Position numbers and translations under genes: made by a program | Part shown: one piece after another, positions 1 through 10,967 of the stretch | Position numbering within the stretch: position 1 is the stretch's first letter | Layout of the letters: every line of letters begins with the position of its first letter | Notes under the pieces: model-generated | Databases searched by the model: none | What the model saw: the letters and a program-made list of their open reading frames with translations, nothing else | Told to the model about the DNA's origin: nothing | DNA from: Phaeosaccion multiseriatum | Taxonomy: Eukaryota > Protista > Ochrophyta, other classes | Length of the DNA: 64,000 nucleotides | Assembly: GCA_965112735.1 (NCBI GenBank) | Contig: OZ218957.1 | Span: forward strand, 1,736,001 to 1,800,000 | Direction: 5' to 3'

Positions 1-2900
1 TCCTCCTCCTCCTCCTCCTCCTTCCGCGTGCCCTCGCCCTCCTCCTCTGCCCGTGGGGGTGGTGGGTTGGTACGGGTTGAGCCTGGCCGTTGCTGTCGTG
101 TGCTGGGGCGTTGCCGTACGCGACGGGTCCTCGTTTGGGTCTGGGCCTAGATAGGCGTTCTCGAGGTCGTTGAGGGGGCCTTGGTAGGCCGATGCTGCGT
201 TGCCTTGGGTGAGGATGGTCCTGAGGGCGGGGATGGCTCGTTGAGCTTGGTAGCCAGCCATGCAGCCTTGCGCGGGGCAGGGGAGGTTGCCTGGTGGTAT
301 GACGGGCTGCTGGTTGGCTCTCCTCAGTGTGGCTTGGTCGTTCAGGTGGTGAAGGAGGCACGCGGGGTGAACGGTGTGTTGGCAGCGTCGGGTGCGTACT
401 GGCCACTCCGTGGTTGGTGCGATGAAAGGGGGGTCCGCGTCAGACATGCATATGCAGCATATCGGGGCTGGGGGGGCGGTAGGTTGGGGTGGGGGTGTGT
501 GTCGGGTGGTGGGGGGTGGCTGGGACTGGCGGCGCCGTCCTTGGCTGGCCTGCGCGTGCTGCTGATGCGACTCTCTGCGCTCCCTCGCTAGGCGATCCCT
601 TGCGCGGCCCATAGCTCTCCCTCCTTGTGCTGTGATGGCCTGCTCGATCGTGTGCCGGTAGCAGGGGTTGCGGCAGTAGGGGCAGAGGTGGTCGTTGCGG
701 TTGGGGTACGTGCTCATGACTCCCAATGCGCAGTGGTTGTGCACGTGATGTTCGTCTTCGTGCATGGCGACTTGTGCTTGGCCAGTGAGCGGTTCCATAC
801 ACACCGGGCAGTTGGGTAGCTCCTCGTTGTTGGTGGGGTCGCCTCCTCCTTCTGCTTCGTCACCTCCTCCCTCTGCTTGCCCTTCCCCTCCTTCTGCCGC
901 TGCTTCCCGTGCCAGTGCTGGGCGCTCTCCTCCGCCTCTGCTGTTTTCGCCCTCTCCCCCCTGCTACTACTCTTCCGTCGCGGTCTCCTCGTCCCCCTCC
1001 CCTGTGTCCCGCTCGCTCTCCTCTCCCTTCTCCCTCCGGGTCGTGCTCCCGTGTAGTGTCTGTCCCACCTGCTCTTGTCGGTGGGGGCATGCTGCGAGCT
1101 CGTGGTGGGATGGTTGACGATGCCGGGAGGTGTGCTGCTTCGTATGCTCGTATGCATGTGTGGCATATGGGCTGCCGTAGGCCTGCTTGCGGGAAGCTTC
1201 TGAGGAGGGATCTGCCGGAGTTTCTGTGGGCCAGGTTGCCGCATCCACGTATACAGTCACGTAGCTGATACGTTCTGTTCTGTGGTCCGCTCTGTGGGCC
1301 GTTGGCGCGGTACCACAGGATTGACGCGGCCTGGGGGTGGTGTTCGCGCATCCATCGTTCCCACTCTCGGCCGCGGTTGGGGTGGTGGCTCAACTGGTGC
1401 CTGTTGAGGCGGTCTCTGGACCTGCCGACCGTGACGAAGGTGTCATTGCACTGTTCGAAGTTGCAGAGGACTCCCGTGGCGATGTAGTTGTTGTCAATGT
1501 TCCTGCGGTACGCTGTGGTGTTGTTGTGGGTGTCGTCCGTCTGTGGCGTGGTTGTGTCACTGTGGGTGGGGGTGTTGGCGGTCCTGGTGCGGTTCCCCGG
1601 GGGGCCTGCCTCGTGCGTAAGGCGAGGGCTTGCCCCGGCGCCCACCACGGTGTGGCCATGGTGTTGGCGAAGGGGGAGGTGGTGGTGTTGTTGGTGTGGT
1701 CGCGTAGGGCGTGGCCGTAGCGCTCAACGATGGCTTGGACGTCGGGTAATACCGCGATGAGTTCCTCCTGTCGTGAGGCGGTGATGTAGTCGTTGACCAA
1801 CTCGTTGGAGGTGATCTCTTGGCCTGCGAGCGTGTGGGCATAGGCCTCTACGATCTGTTGCCATCCAAGGGGGTAATCTCCTCCCCCATGTGGTCTTCCG
1901 GGGGTGGTGGGGGGGCCTCCGCTCCTTAGAGCTTGTCTGAGGAGGGGCATATAGAAGTGCGAGTTGGTAGGCGGGAGCGCCGCGTCGCGCTGGTGGCGTA
2001 TGGTGTTGCTCCATGTCGTTGGTGCGTGTCCATGCGTGTCTGTTTCGAGTGATGCTGTCTCTTCCTCGTGCGTCGTGGGGGGTGGTCGTACGAGGTCGGC
2101 GATGGCCTCGGCCGTGTTGTGGTGGGTCAGTTCCGTCGCGGTGAGGTTTAGGCTTGCGAACTCAGCGCTGATGCGTCGGCTGGCGGATGCTGGCGCTTGT
2201 TCGTTGAAGAAGAGGTTCGGGTGTTGCCGTATGGGGGTCGTGGCTGTGAGGTGGGTGTCTTCGTATTCGTCTTGGAGGATGGAGACGATTTGCTCTGTGA
2301 TCCCGTGTGCGTTTCTGTGAGTTGACGCGTTGGTGGTTTGGGCTGGATCTGAGGCTCGGAAAGTGGCGGTTGGCCTTTCCGGGCTGCGTGCTCGGGGGGT
2401 CCTGCTTCGTCCCCTTGGCCTCGTGGTTGGCTGCATGGGTGCTGGGCTGGTCGCTGTGGGGGGTGGTGCTGTTGTAGGGCCTGTTGTCTCGCTGGCGGGC
2501 GTGGTAGATCTCCTGGCGGCTGGTGCTGTTTGTTGCCGTGTCGTTGAGATCGGTTGTGGTTGCTGCTGCTGGGGGTGGGCTTCCGCTGCTGTTGCTGTGG
2601 GTTCCGTGAGTGCTGGTGGGAGCTGTGGGTCCTGCGGGAGGGTGTTGCGGGGTGCTGCGGCCGCTGGTGGAGCCGTGATGGGGGTGGGCACGCCTTCCCG
2701 TGCTGGTGTTTGGCGAATTGCTGCTGCCGCTGCCCGTCTCTCCCTTCTTTCGAGCCGCTGCTGATCGCGGCTCATAGGTGGCTCCTGCTGGGTTGCTGTG
2801 AGGTTTGCTGGTGTCTCCTGGGCTCCGGGGGGCCGCGTGGCCCCCCTGTCGTCCCCTTCCATGGTGGCCCTGTCTTAAGCAGAAAAAAAGATGGGGTGTG
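1..2900 (-). mobile_element. CRE-clade non-LTR retrotransposon, copy A (5' ~2.9 kb only; continues beyond the window start)
   Basis: Near-identical to 26499-~29400 of copy C (ORF 1390..2862 is identical to 26537..28009). Its 5' end CACACCCCATCTTTTTTTCTGCTTAAG abuts the 3' end of copy B at 2901-2903. Confidence 0.93.
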
Positions 2901-3224
2901 ATGTATATTAGAGCTTATGGGCTCAGTATTGGAGCGCTCGAGGTAAGTTGTAACCATGTGTAGATGCGTGTATGTGTGGTATTGATGGAGCGTGATGTGG
3001 AGGGGAAGAGGATGGTAAGGGTGGTAGAGTAGAGGATAATGGGGAATGGGAAGGGAGTGAGGGGGGGAGGAGGAGATGAAGGGGGGTGGGAAGGAGTGAG
3101 GTGGTGGAGGTGATATGTGAACTATCCTACTGGGGGTGGTGCGGGTGACAAGGCGTGACTAACTGTGGTTGCTATGCTGTGTGCTGATGGTCTCGCTGTC
3201 TGCTGGCTGGTGTACTCCTGCTCC

Positions 3225-5717
3225 TCAGGCGGCCGCTCCGTCGATGGCTCCCATGAGCCCCCAGTCGAGGGTTTCTGCTGCTTCGTGCTGCGTCATCGTG
3301 GCTCGAAGGAGGGTGCCATACCTGATCTCCCGCTGTGAGAGGGCGCGTTGAAGGGCGAGGGACAGTTGTTGGCGCAGGAGGCCCTTGATGGGGCCCGTGG
3401 CTGCCGCCGCTGCGGGGCCGAGCCCTCTTGATGCCTTGTGGATGGCCATCGCCTCGATGAGCTCGTCCGTTTGGTGGCCCAGTCTGCCGTACGTCTCGAT
3501 TGCAATGCACTTCAGGGTTGAAGTCCCGGGCAGAAAACTGCCCAGGTAGTGAATGCGCTTGCGCTCTTCGGCGGCGGCTGCTGCGTGGCCTGGCGTGGTG
3601 GAGGCCCGTCCCACGTGGGTGGGGGCGGTGGGGTTGGTGACGGTGATGTCGCAGAGGAGGTTTCTCCGCAGGGGTGCGTCCGCTCCCGGGAAGCTACCTG
3701 CGGGATAGGTCAGATCCATGCGTAGGTCTCGGCCTGCTCGGGTGCCCGTGGGGCCGTCGAAGCAGGTCTGGTCCTCTACACGTGCTCCTCCAATGCCCAC
3801 GCTGTGCATCATCCTCCCGAAGGCCTTGACGAGGAGGTGGTGTGTGTGGTTGTGGAGGCCGGTGCGGGGGCAGATGGTGGCGTGGGTGGTGCTTGCCGTG
3901 CGGGCGCAGCCTGTGCCGAGGCAGGGTGGGGGCGGGTCCGCGTATGGCGTGTTGACACCGAGGTTGCGACGAAGGGCCATGGTCCATTCTGCGGGGGCCA
4001 TGGTGTTGTGGCCGTGGGGGAGCGCTCCGAGGAAGGCCATGGCGCCCCTTCCTCGCTGTGAGTGGAGTCGGGCTGTTGCCATTTCCTGTGTCTCCTCTCC
4101 CCTCTGTGCCTCTGCCGGTGTGACGTCGATGGTGGCGATGCTCTGCGTCAGCTCCTCATGGCGGCGTTTGTGGATGAAGGTGGTGAGGGCCTTCTGGACG
4201 CCGTGGGTCGGTTGACGGCCTGCCTGATGGCTCCTGCGCACGTTGCGTCGCGCTGTGTCTTGGGCTTGGTGGTCAGGCGGCTCGAGTACGCGTGAGCGGG
4301 CCTCGTCGAACTGTGCCTGACCCACTGCTTGGATGAGGGGGGCCTCAGGGACCCCCTCCTCGTGCAGGAGGTTGACGCTGTCGGCGACGCTCTTGAGGGC
4401 TCCGTTGGTGAACAGCTGGTCCGGTAGGGCGCTCTCTTGGGAGCCTTCCCGGCGTGCGGTGCGGCTGAGCAGGGGGGGGAGGGTGAGCATCTTGTTGCCA
4501 AGGTATGCTGCTGGGGCGATGTCGTGGAGGCTGGTGAGGCCGAGGCCGCCGAAGCGCCGTGCCGTATGCATTTGTAGGCGCTGTGTCTCCGTCCATGGCT
4601 CCTCTTGTGCATCTGCGGCCTGCTCCAGAGGGGGGGCATCGGGGAGTCGCATGATGTGGGCCAGTGTCGCCCTGTTGGTGCGGTCTGCCCTGCTGCCGAG
4701 GGCGCGTCGGAAGATGGAGGGGTCAATGGCTCTCGCCAGGTGTGTGAGCCTGGCTGGGAGGCATTGGAGGAGGACGAGGGTGGCCGCCTGGGTGTTGTCC
4801 CACTCGCTGCAGTGTTTGGCGAGTTGGAGGTAGCCCCTGGGGTCTTCTTGGCCGAGGATGTTGCGGAGGTACTCTTCGATGTACTCCTCTGTGCCGACGG
4901 GGATGCCGGCTACCACGGTACCCTCGGTGGCAAGTGTGGCGCCCTGCCGTTGGGCGTGGTCCCTGTCAGCCTGTGTTGGCTGCTTGCCTTTGCCCATGAG
5001 GTAAACCGTTTTCCTCTCGTTGAACTCGAGGCCCAAGCCTCGGAATTGGGCTTGGAGATGGGCATGGCGTGGGGCGTAGGTCTCTAGGGGTGCGTCGGGT
5101 TCCAGCTGGTCCATGAGGTCGTCTGCGTAGGCGGAGATGGTGGGGCGGTTCGCTGCGGTGTCGGCTGTGTTCTGAACTTTCAGCACTGGGTGGATGGCGG
5201 CTGCGAACATGAGAGGCCCTTCTGGTGCTCCTTGGTTGACTCCGGAGCTCTGGTGGATGGTCTGGGTGCCGTCTGGTGTGAGGGCGTTGTGGGCGGAGGC
5301 GTGGGAGAGGCTGGCGATGGCGTAGTTGATGCCTGCTGGGTCGATGGTAGGGAGTGCGCCTGAGGCTAGGACGCCTCTGGCACGCGACACGCGGGTGTAG
5401 GCCTTGGTGATGTCATGCAGCACGACGGTTTTGCCGGCATCGTGCGCTAGCTGGGCTGCTGCGGCGTGTGTTTCCCCTCCGCCTCTGACCGCTACCGCTA
5501 GCTGTCCTGCGCTTCTGAGCTCTGGGCCCACCCTGTCCGCGATGAGCTTCATGTGACAGCTCTCCACGAGGCTGCGGTAGAGGTTGGGGGATGTCACAGG
5601 ACGCGCTTTCTCGCCGAGGGCTGCGGCGCTGGTGCTGAACCACCGTTTGGCGAGCTGTGGAGGCAGTGGAGTGTCCCCCGTTCGGAGCAGCTCGTAGGTG
5701 TCAGTCAGAGCCTCCAC
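3225..5717 (-). CDS. Reverse transcriptase + CCHC knuckle + restriction-like endonuclease (C-terminal part of copy B protein)
   Basis: RT motifs LHDITKAY, GVNQGAPEGPLMF, AYADDL, GLEFNERKT, AGIPVG, RFGGLGL; knuckle CLGTGC-x7-H-x3-C; RLE motifs HNHTHH..E..RMDL..LLCDITVTNP..AEERKRIHY..IAIETYG, as in CRE-clade elements. Confidence 0.93.
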   Translation of the reverse strand: MEALTDTYELLRTGDTPLPPQLAKRWFSTSAAALGEKARPVTSPNLYRSLVESCHMKLIADRVGPELRSAGQLAVAVRGGGETHAAAAQLAHDAGKTVVLHDITKAYTRVSRARGVLASGALPTIDPAGINYAIASLSHASAHNALTPDGTQTIHQSSGVNQGAPEGPLMFAAAIHPVLKVQNTADTAANRPTISAYADDLMDQLEPDAPLETYAPRHAHLQAQFRGLGLEFNERKTVYLMGKGKQPTQADRDHAQRQGATLATEGTVVAGIPVGTEEYIEEYLRNILGQEDPRGYLQLAKHCSEWDNTQAATLVLLQCLPARLTHLARAIDPSIFRRALGSRADRTNRATLAHIMRLPDAPPLEQAADAQEEPWTETQRLQMHTARRFGGLGLTSLHDIAPAAYLGNKMLTLPPLLSRTARREGSQESALPDQLFTNGALKSVADSVNLLHEEGVPEAPLIQAVGQAQFDEARSRVLEPPDHQAQDTARRNVRRSHQAGRQPTHGVQKALTTFIHKRRHEELTQSIATIDVTPAEAQRGEETQEMATARLHSQRGRGAMAFLGALPHGHNTMAPAEWTMALRRNLGVNTPYADPPPPCLGTGCARTASTTHATICPRTGLHNHTHHLLVKAFGRMMHSVGIGGARVEDQTCFDGPTGTRAGRDLRMDLTYPAGSFPGADAPLRRNLLCDITVTNPTAPTHVGRASTTPGHAAAAAEERKRIHYLGSFLPGTSTLKCIAIETYGRLGHQTDELIEAMAIHKASRGLGPAAAAATGPIKGLLRQQLSLALQRALSQREIRYGTLLRATMTQHEAAETLDWGLMGAIDGAAA

Positions 5718-8700
5718 GATTGCGTACTCCTGGGGGCTGTCCGGGGGTACTTGACGTGGCTCGCCCTGCGCCCGTCTGCTCCTTGGCCCTTCCAGTAGTT
5801 GACCCTCCGGTAGGTCAGCAGCATGGCTGTGCTGATCTCCTCTCTGGTGACGTCGTTGCCATTCTCGGGGTGCTCCTGCACCTGGGTTCTGGCGTACTCC
5901 CTGGCTGCTGTTGCTGCTGTGTTGATCTCTTCGAGGCTCTCGTCGACGTGCGCTTGCTGGAGGCGTCGAAAGGTCTCGTGTGTGGGAGGGAGGTGGCCGT
6001 CTCTGCTCTTTGTGCTGAGCCTCGCCGCGGCCTTGTGCAGGCCTCCGGGTTTGGTGAGCAGGTGGGCGCAGGTTTCTCTCCGTCGCTCCTCTGTCTGTGC
6101 CTGTGCTGGGGGTGGTGGGCGGCGTGCGTGTGCTGTGGCTATCGCTGCTTGTGCGAGTGGGGCGATGTCGAGGTCGAGGACCATCTGTATCCGCTGCTGG
6201 CGGCTGTAGGCTCCGTCTTTAGAGAAGAGCATGGCAGGGAGGAGGTGGTGGAAGACATCCCATGCCAGAAGGGTGTGGAGGGTGGCGTCGGTGGGTCCGT
6301 TCTTGTGGGCCCTCAGCGCCCTGTTCCAGTTGTTGAGCGCTCTTTGCTGTAAGCTGATAATCAAGCTTACGTGGCGGGGGTTGCACTGCGCTACTGTCTC
6401 AAACACGAGTGTTGAGAGGATGGTACCCTGCGGGTCCAGGGCCCCTAGGCGGAGGACGTTTGGGTGCTGCATGGGCCATCCTTCCTCGGGTGTATCGTCG
6501 TTGGCTGGCCCTTCTCCGTCCCCTCCGTCCCCGCCGCTACCTCCTTGGCCTCTGCTCCGTCCTCCTCCCCCTCGTCTCGCTGCTGCTGCTGTGGTTCCTT
6601 GCGTGCGTGTGCTATCTCCCCCTGCCCTTTCTCTCTGAGGTCCCCTCTCTGCTGCTGCTCCTTGTCCGTTTCCTTCCCCCCTCCCTCGTCCTCCTCTTCC
6701 TCCTTCTACTCCACTTGGCGCTGCTGCGATTGCTCCTCCTCCTCCTCCTCCTCCTCCTTCCGCGTGCCCTCGCCCTCCTCCTCTGCCCGTGGGGGTGGTG
6801 GGTTGGTACGGGTTGAGCCTGGCCGTTGCTGTCGTGTGCTGGGGCGTTGCCGTACGCGACGGGTCCTCGTTTGGGTCTGGGCCTAGATAGGCGTTCTCGA
6901 GGTCGTTGAGGGGGCCTTGGTAGGCCGATGCTGCGTTGCCTTGGGTGAGGATGGTCCTGAGGGCGGGGATGGCTCGTTGAGCTTGGTAGCCAGCCATGCA
7001 GCCTTGCGCGGGGCAGGGGAGGTTGCCTGGTGGTATGACGGGCTGCTGGTTGGCTCTCCTCAGTGTGGCTTGGTCGTTCAGGTGGTGAAGGAGGCACGCG
7101 GGGTGAACGGTGTGTTGGCAGCGTCGGGTGCGTACTGGCCACTCCGTGGTTGGTGCGATGAAAGGGGGGTCCGCGTCTGACATGCATATGCAGCATATCG
7201 GGGCTGGGGGGGCGGTAGGTTGGGGTGGGGGTGTGTGTCGGGTGGTGGGGGGTGGCTGGGACTGGCGGCGTCGCCCTTGGCTGGCCTGCGCGTGCTGCTG
7301 ATGCGACTCTCTGCGCTCCCTCGCTAGGCGATCCCTTGCGCGGCCCATAGCTCTCCCTCCTTGTGCTGTGATGGCCTGCTCGATCGTGTGCCGGTAGCAG
7401 GGGTTGCGGCAGTAGGGGCAGAGGTGGTCGTTGCGGTTGGGGTACCTGCTCATGACTCCCAATGCGCAGTGGTTGTGCACGTGATGTTCGTCTTCGTGCA
7501 TGGCGACTTGTGCTTGGCCAGTGAGCGGTTCCATACACACCGGGCAGTTGGGTAGCTCCTCGTTGTTGGTGGGGTCGCCTCCTCCTTCTCCTTCGTCACC
7601 TCCTCCCGCTGCTTGCCCTTCCCCTCCTTCTGCCGCTGCTTCCCGTGCCAGTGCTGGGCGCTCTCCTCCGCCTCTGCTGTTTTCGCCCTCTTCCCCCCCT
7701 GCTACTACTCTTCCTTCGCGGTCTCCTCGTCCCCCTCCCCTGTGTCCCGCTCGCTCTCCTCTCCCTCCTCCCTCCTGGTCGTGCTCTCGTGTAGTGTCTG
7801 TCCCACCTGCTCTTGTCGGTGGGGGCATGCTTCGAGCTCGTTGGATGGTTGGCGGTGCTGGTAGGCTTGCGGCTTCGTGTGCTCGTATGCAGGCGTTGCA
7901 TAGGGGTTGTCGTAGGCCTGATTGCGGGAAGCGGGTAAGGAAGGATCTGCCGGAGTTTCGGTGGGCCAGGTTGCCGCATCCACTTGTGCAGTCCCGGAGC
8001 TGGTACGTATTATTCTGTGGTCCGCTCTGTGGGCCGTTGGCGCGGTACCACAGGATTGACGCGGCCTGGGGGTGGTGTTCGCGCATCCATCGGTCCCACT
8101 CTCTGCCGCGGTTCGGGTGGTGGCTCGACTGGTGCCTGATGAGGCGGTCTCTTGTATTGCCTACCGTGACGAAAGTGTCGTGGCATTCGCCAAAGTTGCA
8201 GAGGATGCCCCCTTGAATGTTTCCATTGTCGGGGTGTCTTCGGTACACTCGGGCGTTGTTGGGGTTGTCCTCCGGTGTTGGTGGGCTGGGTGTGGTTGCG
8301 TCGCTTTGGGCGGGGGGTGGTGGCGGTCCTGGTGCGGTTCCCCGGGGGGCCTGTCTCGTGCGTAGGGCGAGGGCTTGCCCCGGCGCCCACCACGGTGTGG
8401 CCATGGTGTTGGCGAAGGGGGAGGTGGTGGTGTTGTTGGTGTGGTCGCGTAGGGCGTGGCCGTAGCGCTCAACGATGGCTTGGACGTCGGGTAATACCGC
8501 GATGAGTTCCTCCTGTCGTGAGGCGGTGATGTAGTCGTTGACCAACTCGTTGGAGGTGATCTCTTGGCCTGCGAGCGTGTGGGCATAAGCCTCTACGATC
8601 TGTTGCCATCCAAGGGGGTAATCTCCTCCCCCATGTGGTCTTCCGGGGGTGGTGGGGGGGCCTCCGCTCCTTAGAGCTTGTCTGAGGAGGGGCATGTAGA

Positions 8701-9607
8701 AGTGGGAGTTGGTAGGCGGGAGCGCCGCGTCGCGCTGGTGGCGTATGGTGTTGCTCCATGTCGTTGGTGCGTGTCCATGCGTGTCTGTTTCAAGTGATGC
8801 TGTCTCTTCCTCTTGTGTCGTGGGGGGTGGTCGTACGAGGTCGGCGATGGCCTCGGCCGTGTTGTGGTGGGTCAGTTCCGTCGCGGTGAGGTTTAGGCTT
8901 GCGAACTCAGCGCTGATGCGTCGGCTGGCGGATGCTGGCGCTTGTTCGTTGAAGAAGAGGTTCGGGTGTTGCCGTATGGGGGTCGTGGCTGTGAGGTGGA
9001 TGTCTTCGTATTCGTCTTGGAGGATGGAGACGATTTGCTCTGTGATCCCGTGTGCGTTTCTGTGAGTTGACGCGTTGGTGGTTTGGGCTGGATCTGAGGC
9101 TCGGAAATTGGCGGTTGGCCTTTCCTGGCGGCGTGCTCGGGGGGTCCTGCTTCGTCCCCTTGGCCTCGTGGTTGGCTGCATGGGTGCTGGGCTGGTCGCT
9201 GTGGGGGGTGGTGCTGTTGTAGGGTCTGTTGTCTCGCTGGCGGGCGTGGTAGATCTCCTGGCGGCTGGTGCTGTTTGTTGCCGTGTCGTTTAGATCGGTT
9301 GTGGTTGCTGCTGCTGGGGGTGGGCTTCCGCTGCTGTTGCTGTGGGTTCCGTCAGTGCTGGTGGGAGCCGTGGGTCCTGCGGGAGGGTGTTGCGGGGTGC
9401 TGCGGCCGCTGGTGGAGCCGTGATGGGGGTGGGCACGCCTTCCCGTGCTAGGGTTTGGCGATTTGCTGCTGCCGCTGCCCGTCTCTCCCTTCTTTCGAGC
9501 CGCTGCTGATCGCGGCTCATAGGTGGCTCCTGCTGGGTTGCTGTTGGGTTTGCTGGTGTCTCCTGGGCTCCGGGGGGCCGCGTGGCCCCCCTGTCGTCCC
9601 CTTCCAT
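5705..9607 (-). CDS. N-terminal part of copy B protein (ACP-like segment, C2H2 finger, A20-like C4 finger, two RING-like fingers, start of RT); interrupted by a stop at 9290
   Basis: ORFs 9290..9607 and 5705..9181 are in the same frame; ATG lies in GCCACCATGG context. Motifs: CNFGEC-x16-H-x3-H; CPVC..HxHxxC..CPYC; CICM..CQHTVHPAC..CPAQGC. It ends with the RT domain-0-like KGQGADGRRASHVK, so it is probably one ORF with 3225..5717 (one extra C needed near 5731-5747). Confidence 0.8.
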
Positions 9608-9643
9608 GGTGGCCCTGTCCTAAGCAGAAAAAAAGAAGGGGTG

Positions 9644-10967
9644 GGGTGTGAGAAGCAGTCGCAGCAGGGAGGATTATGCCAGAGGCACGGAGCTGTGAGC
9701 ATACGTAAGAGGTGCACTGTGGAGGGGTGTGAGAACCAGTCGCAGCAGGGAGGATTGTGCACTAGGCATGGAGCTGTGATCAAGAGGTGTAGTGTGGAGG
9801 GGTGTGAGAAGCAGACCCAGGGTGGATGTGGTGGGATGTGTAGGCGTCATGCTCGAATGAAAAGGGAGGGAGCGGAGCAGACGGAGATGGCCCAGGGCAC
9901 GCCTGAACCCAAGCGAGGAGCTGCCACCGACATCGATACGAGAGGAAGGAAGAGGGCGAAGTTCCCCCCTTCAGTTGAGGGAGGGGAGAGGCAAGAGGAA
10001 GAGAAGGAAGCAGCGGAGGAGGATGGGGATGGAGGAGGTTTGCTTGCGAGGCTGGGGCTTCATGTCGGGGATGAGATTCAGCTTCCCAATGGTCTGTGGA
10101 GAGAGCTGGAAGATGCTGCTGCCGACGCTGCCATAGCCTGCTGGGGCCACCGGGATAGGCAGCTGTCGAATGGCGTGGTGGTGTCTGTGGGCCAGAGTAA
10201 GGTGTTGCTGCTGCCCCACTACGCTGTGCGCACCAAGAGAAAGGGGACCAGCCTGGAGAGCACGATTCGAGGCTTTGTGTCTGCCTACCAGCGCTATCGC
10301 TCAGGAGGAGGAGGGGGTGACGAGGATGACGAGAAGCAGCAGGACGAGTGGGAGGTGCTGGAGGAGGGCATGGTGGTGGCGAGTGAGAAGAAGAGGCGGG
10401 GACGGAAGGCGCTGCGAGCGTGCGTGCGTGTGGGGCGCGTGGCAGGGGCTTGTGCTGGTGCTGATACCTCGGGACTGGGGATGTAGTGACGCGAAGCCGT
10501 CCATCTCATCTCCTGCCTATCTTCGCCACGGTGAAGCTTGGCTTGCACCATCGTACCATGGTGGGTGGGTGGGCGGGTGGGCGGGTGGGTGTGGATGGGT
10601 GGATAGGTGGGTGGGTGGGTGGGCGGGTGTGTGTGGGTGGGTCGGGGGGGGGGCTTGTTGCGATATAGTCTTCACGCCTTGCCACTGCCACGATGGATGC
10701 TGGGAGTGTTTTGCTCTCGGCTTGCCGTCACCCGTACACACGGACTCGTGTGAAGCAGCTGCGCCCTGTCGCCCTTACGCCGGGCCCTCGCTGCTGCCCT
10801 GCTCTGCTCTGCTCTGCTGCTGTTGCCCTCTGGATGTATTCATGTGTGTTGTTTTGGCTGTGCAGGGAGGCGGCGGGAGCACGGAAGGCATGAGCAGGGT
10901 CAAAGCTACCGACGAGGACGCGCCTTTCCTCGTGGCCAAGTCTCTCAAGCTTGCCGATTTGATTTGA
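9644..10967 (+). pseudogene. 3' part of WRKY19-like zinc-finger repeat gene, paralogue L, interrupted by retrotransposons A/B
   Basis: GCEKQSQQGGLCQRHG / CTVEGCENQSQQGGLCTRHG / CSVEGCEKQTQGGCGGMCRRH repeats, a basic NLS-like RGRKRAK, and further putative exons conserved with paralogue R, ending ...KLADLI* at 10965-10967. It lacks a ~150-bp block present in R. Confidence 0.7.

Larger units (their letters stand above)
2904..9643 (-). mobile_element. CRE-clade non-LTR retrotransposon, copy B (full length ~6.74 kb; premature stop at 9290-9292)
   Basis: Same termini as copy C; encodes RT and RLE. The 5' end joins target GGGTGTGAGAAG at 9644-9655. It has ATC-TAA where copies A and C have ATC-TCA. 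No LTRs and no poly(A). Confidence 0.93.

Noticed and set aside
181-9293. Many + strand ORFs antisense to copies A/B (and - strand ORFs over copy C)
   Set aside because: Expected in GC-rich DNA opposite a long ORF; no domain motifs; identity between copies simply reflects the duplication.
9455-10486. 343-aa ORF (and 25734..26594) as a complete gene
   Set aside because: Chimeric read-through from the antisense element end into the host exon; it begins at a non-ATG codon inside the retrotransposon.
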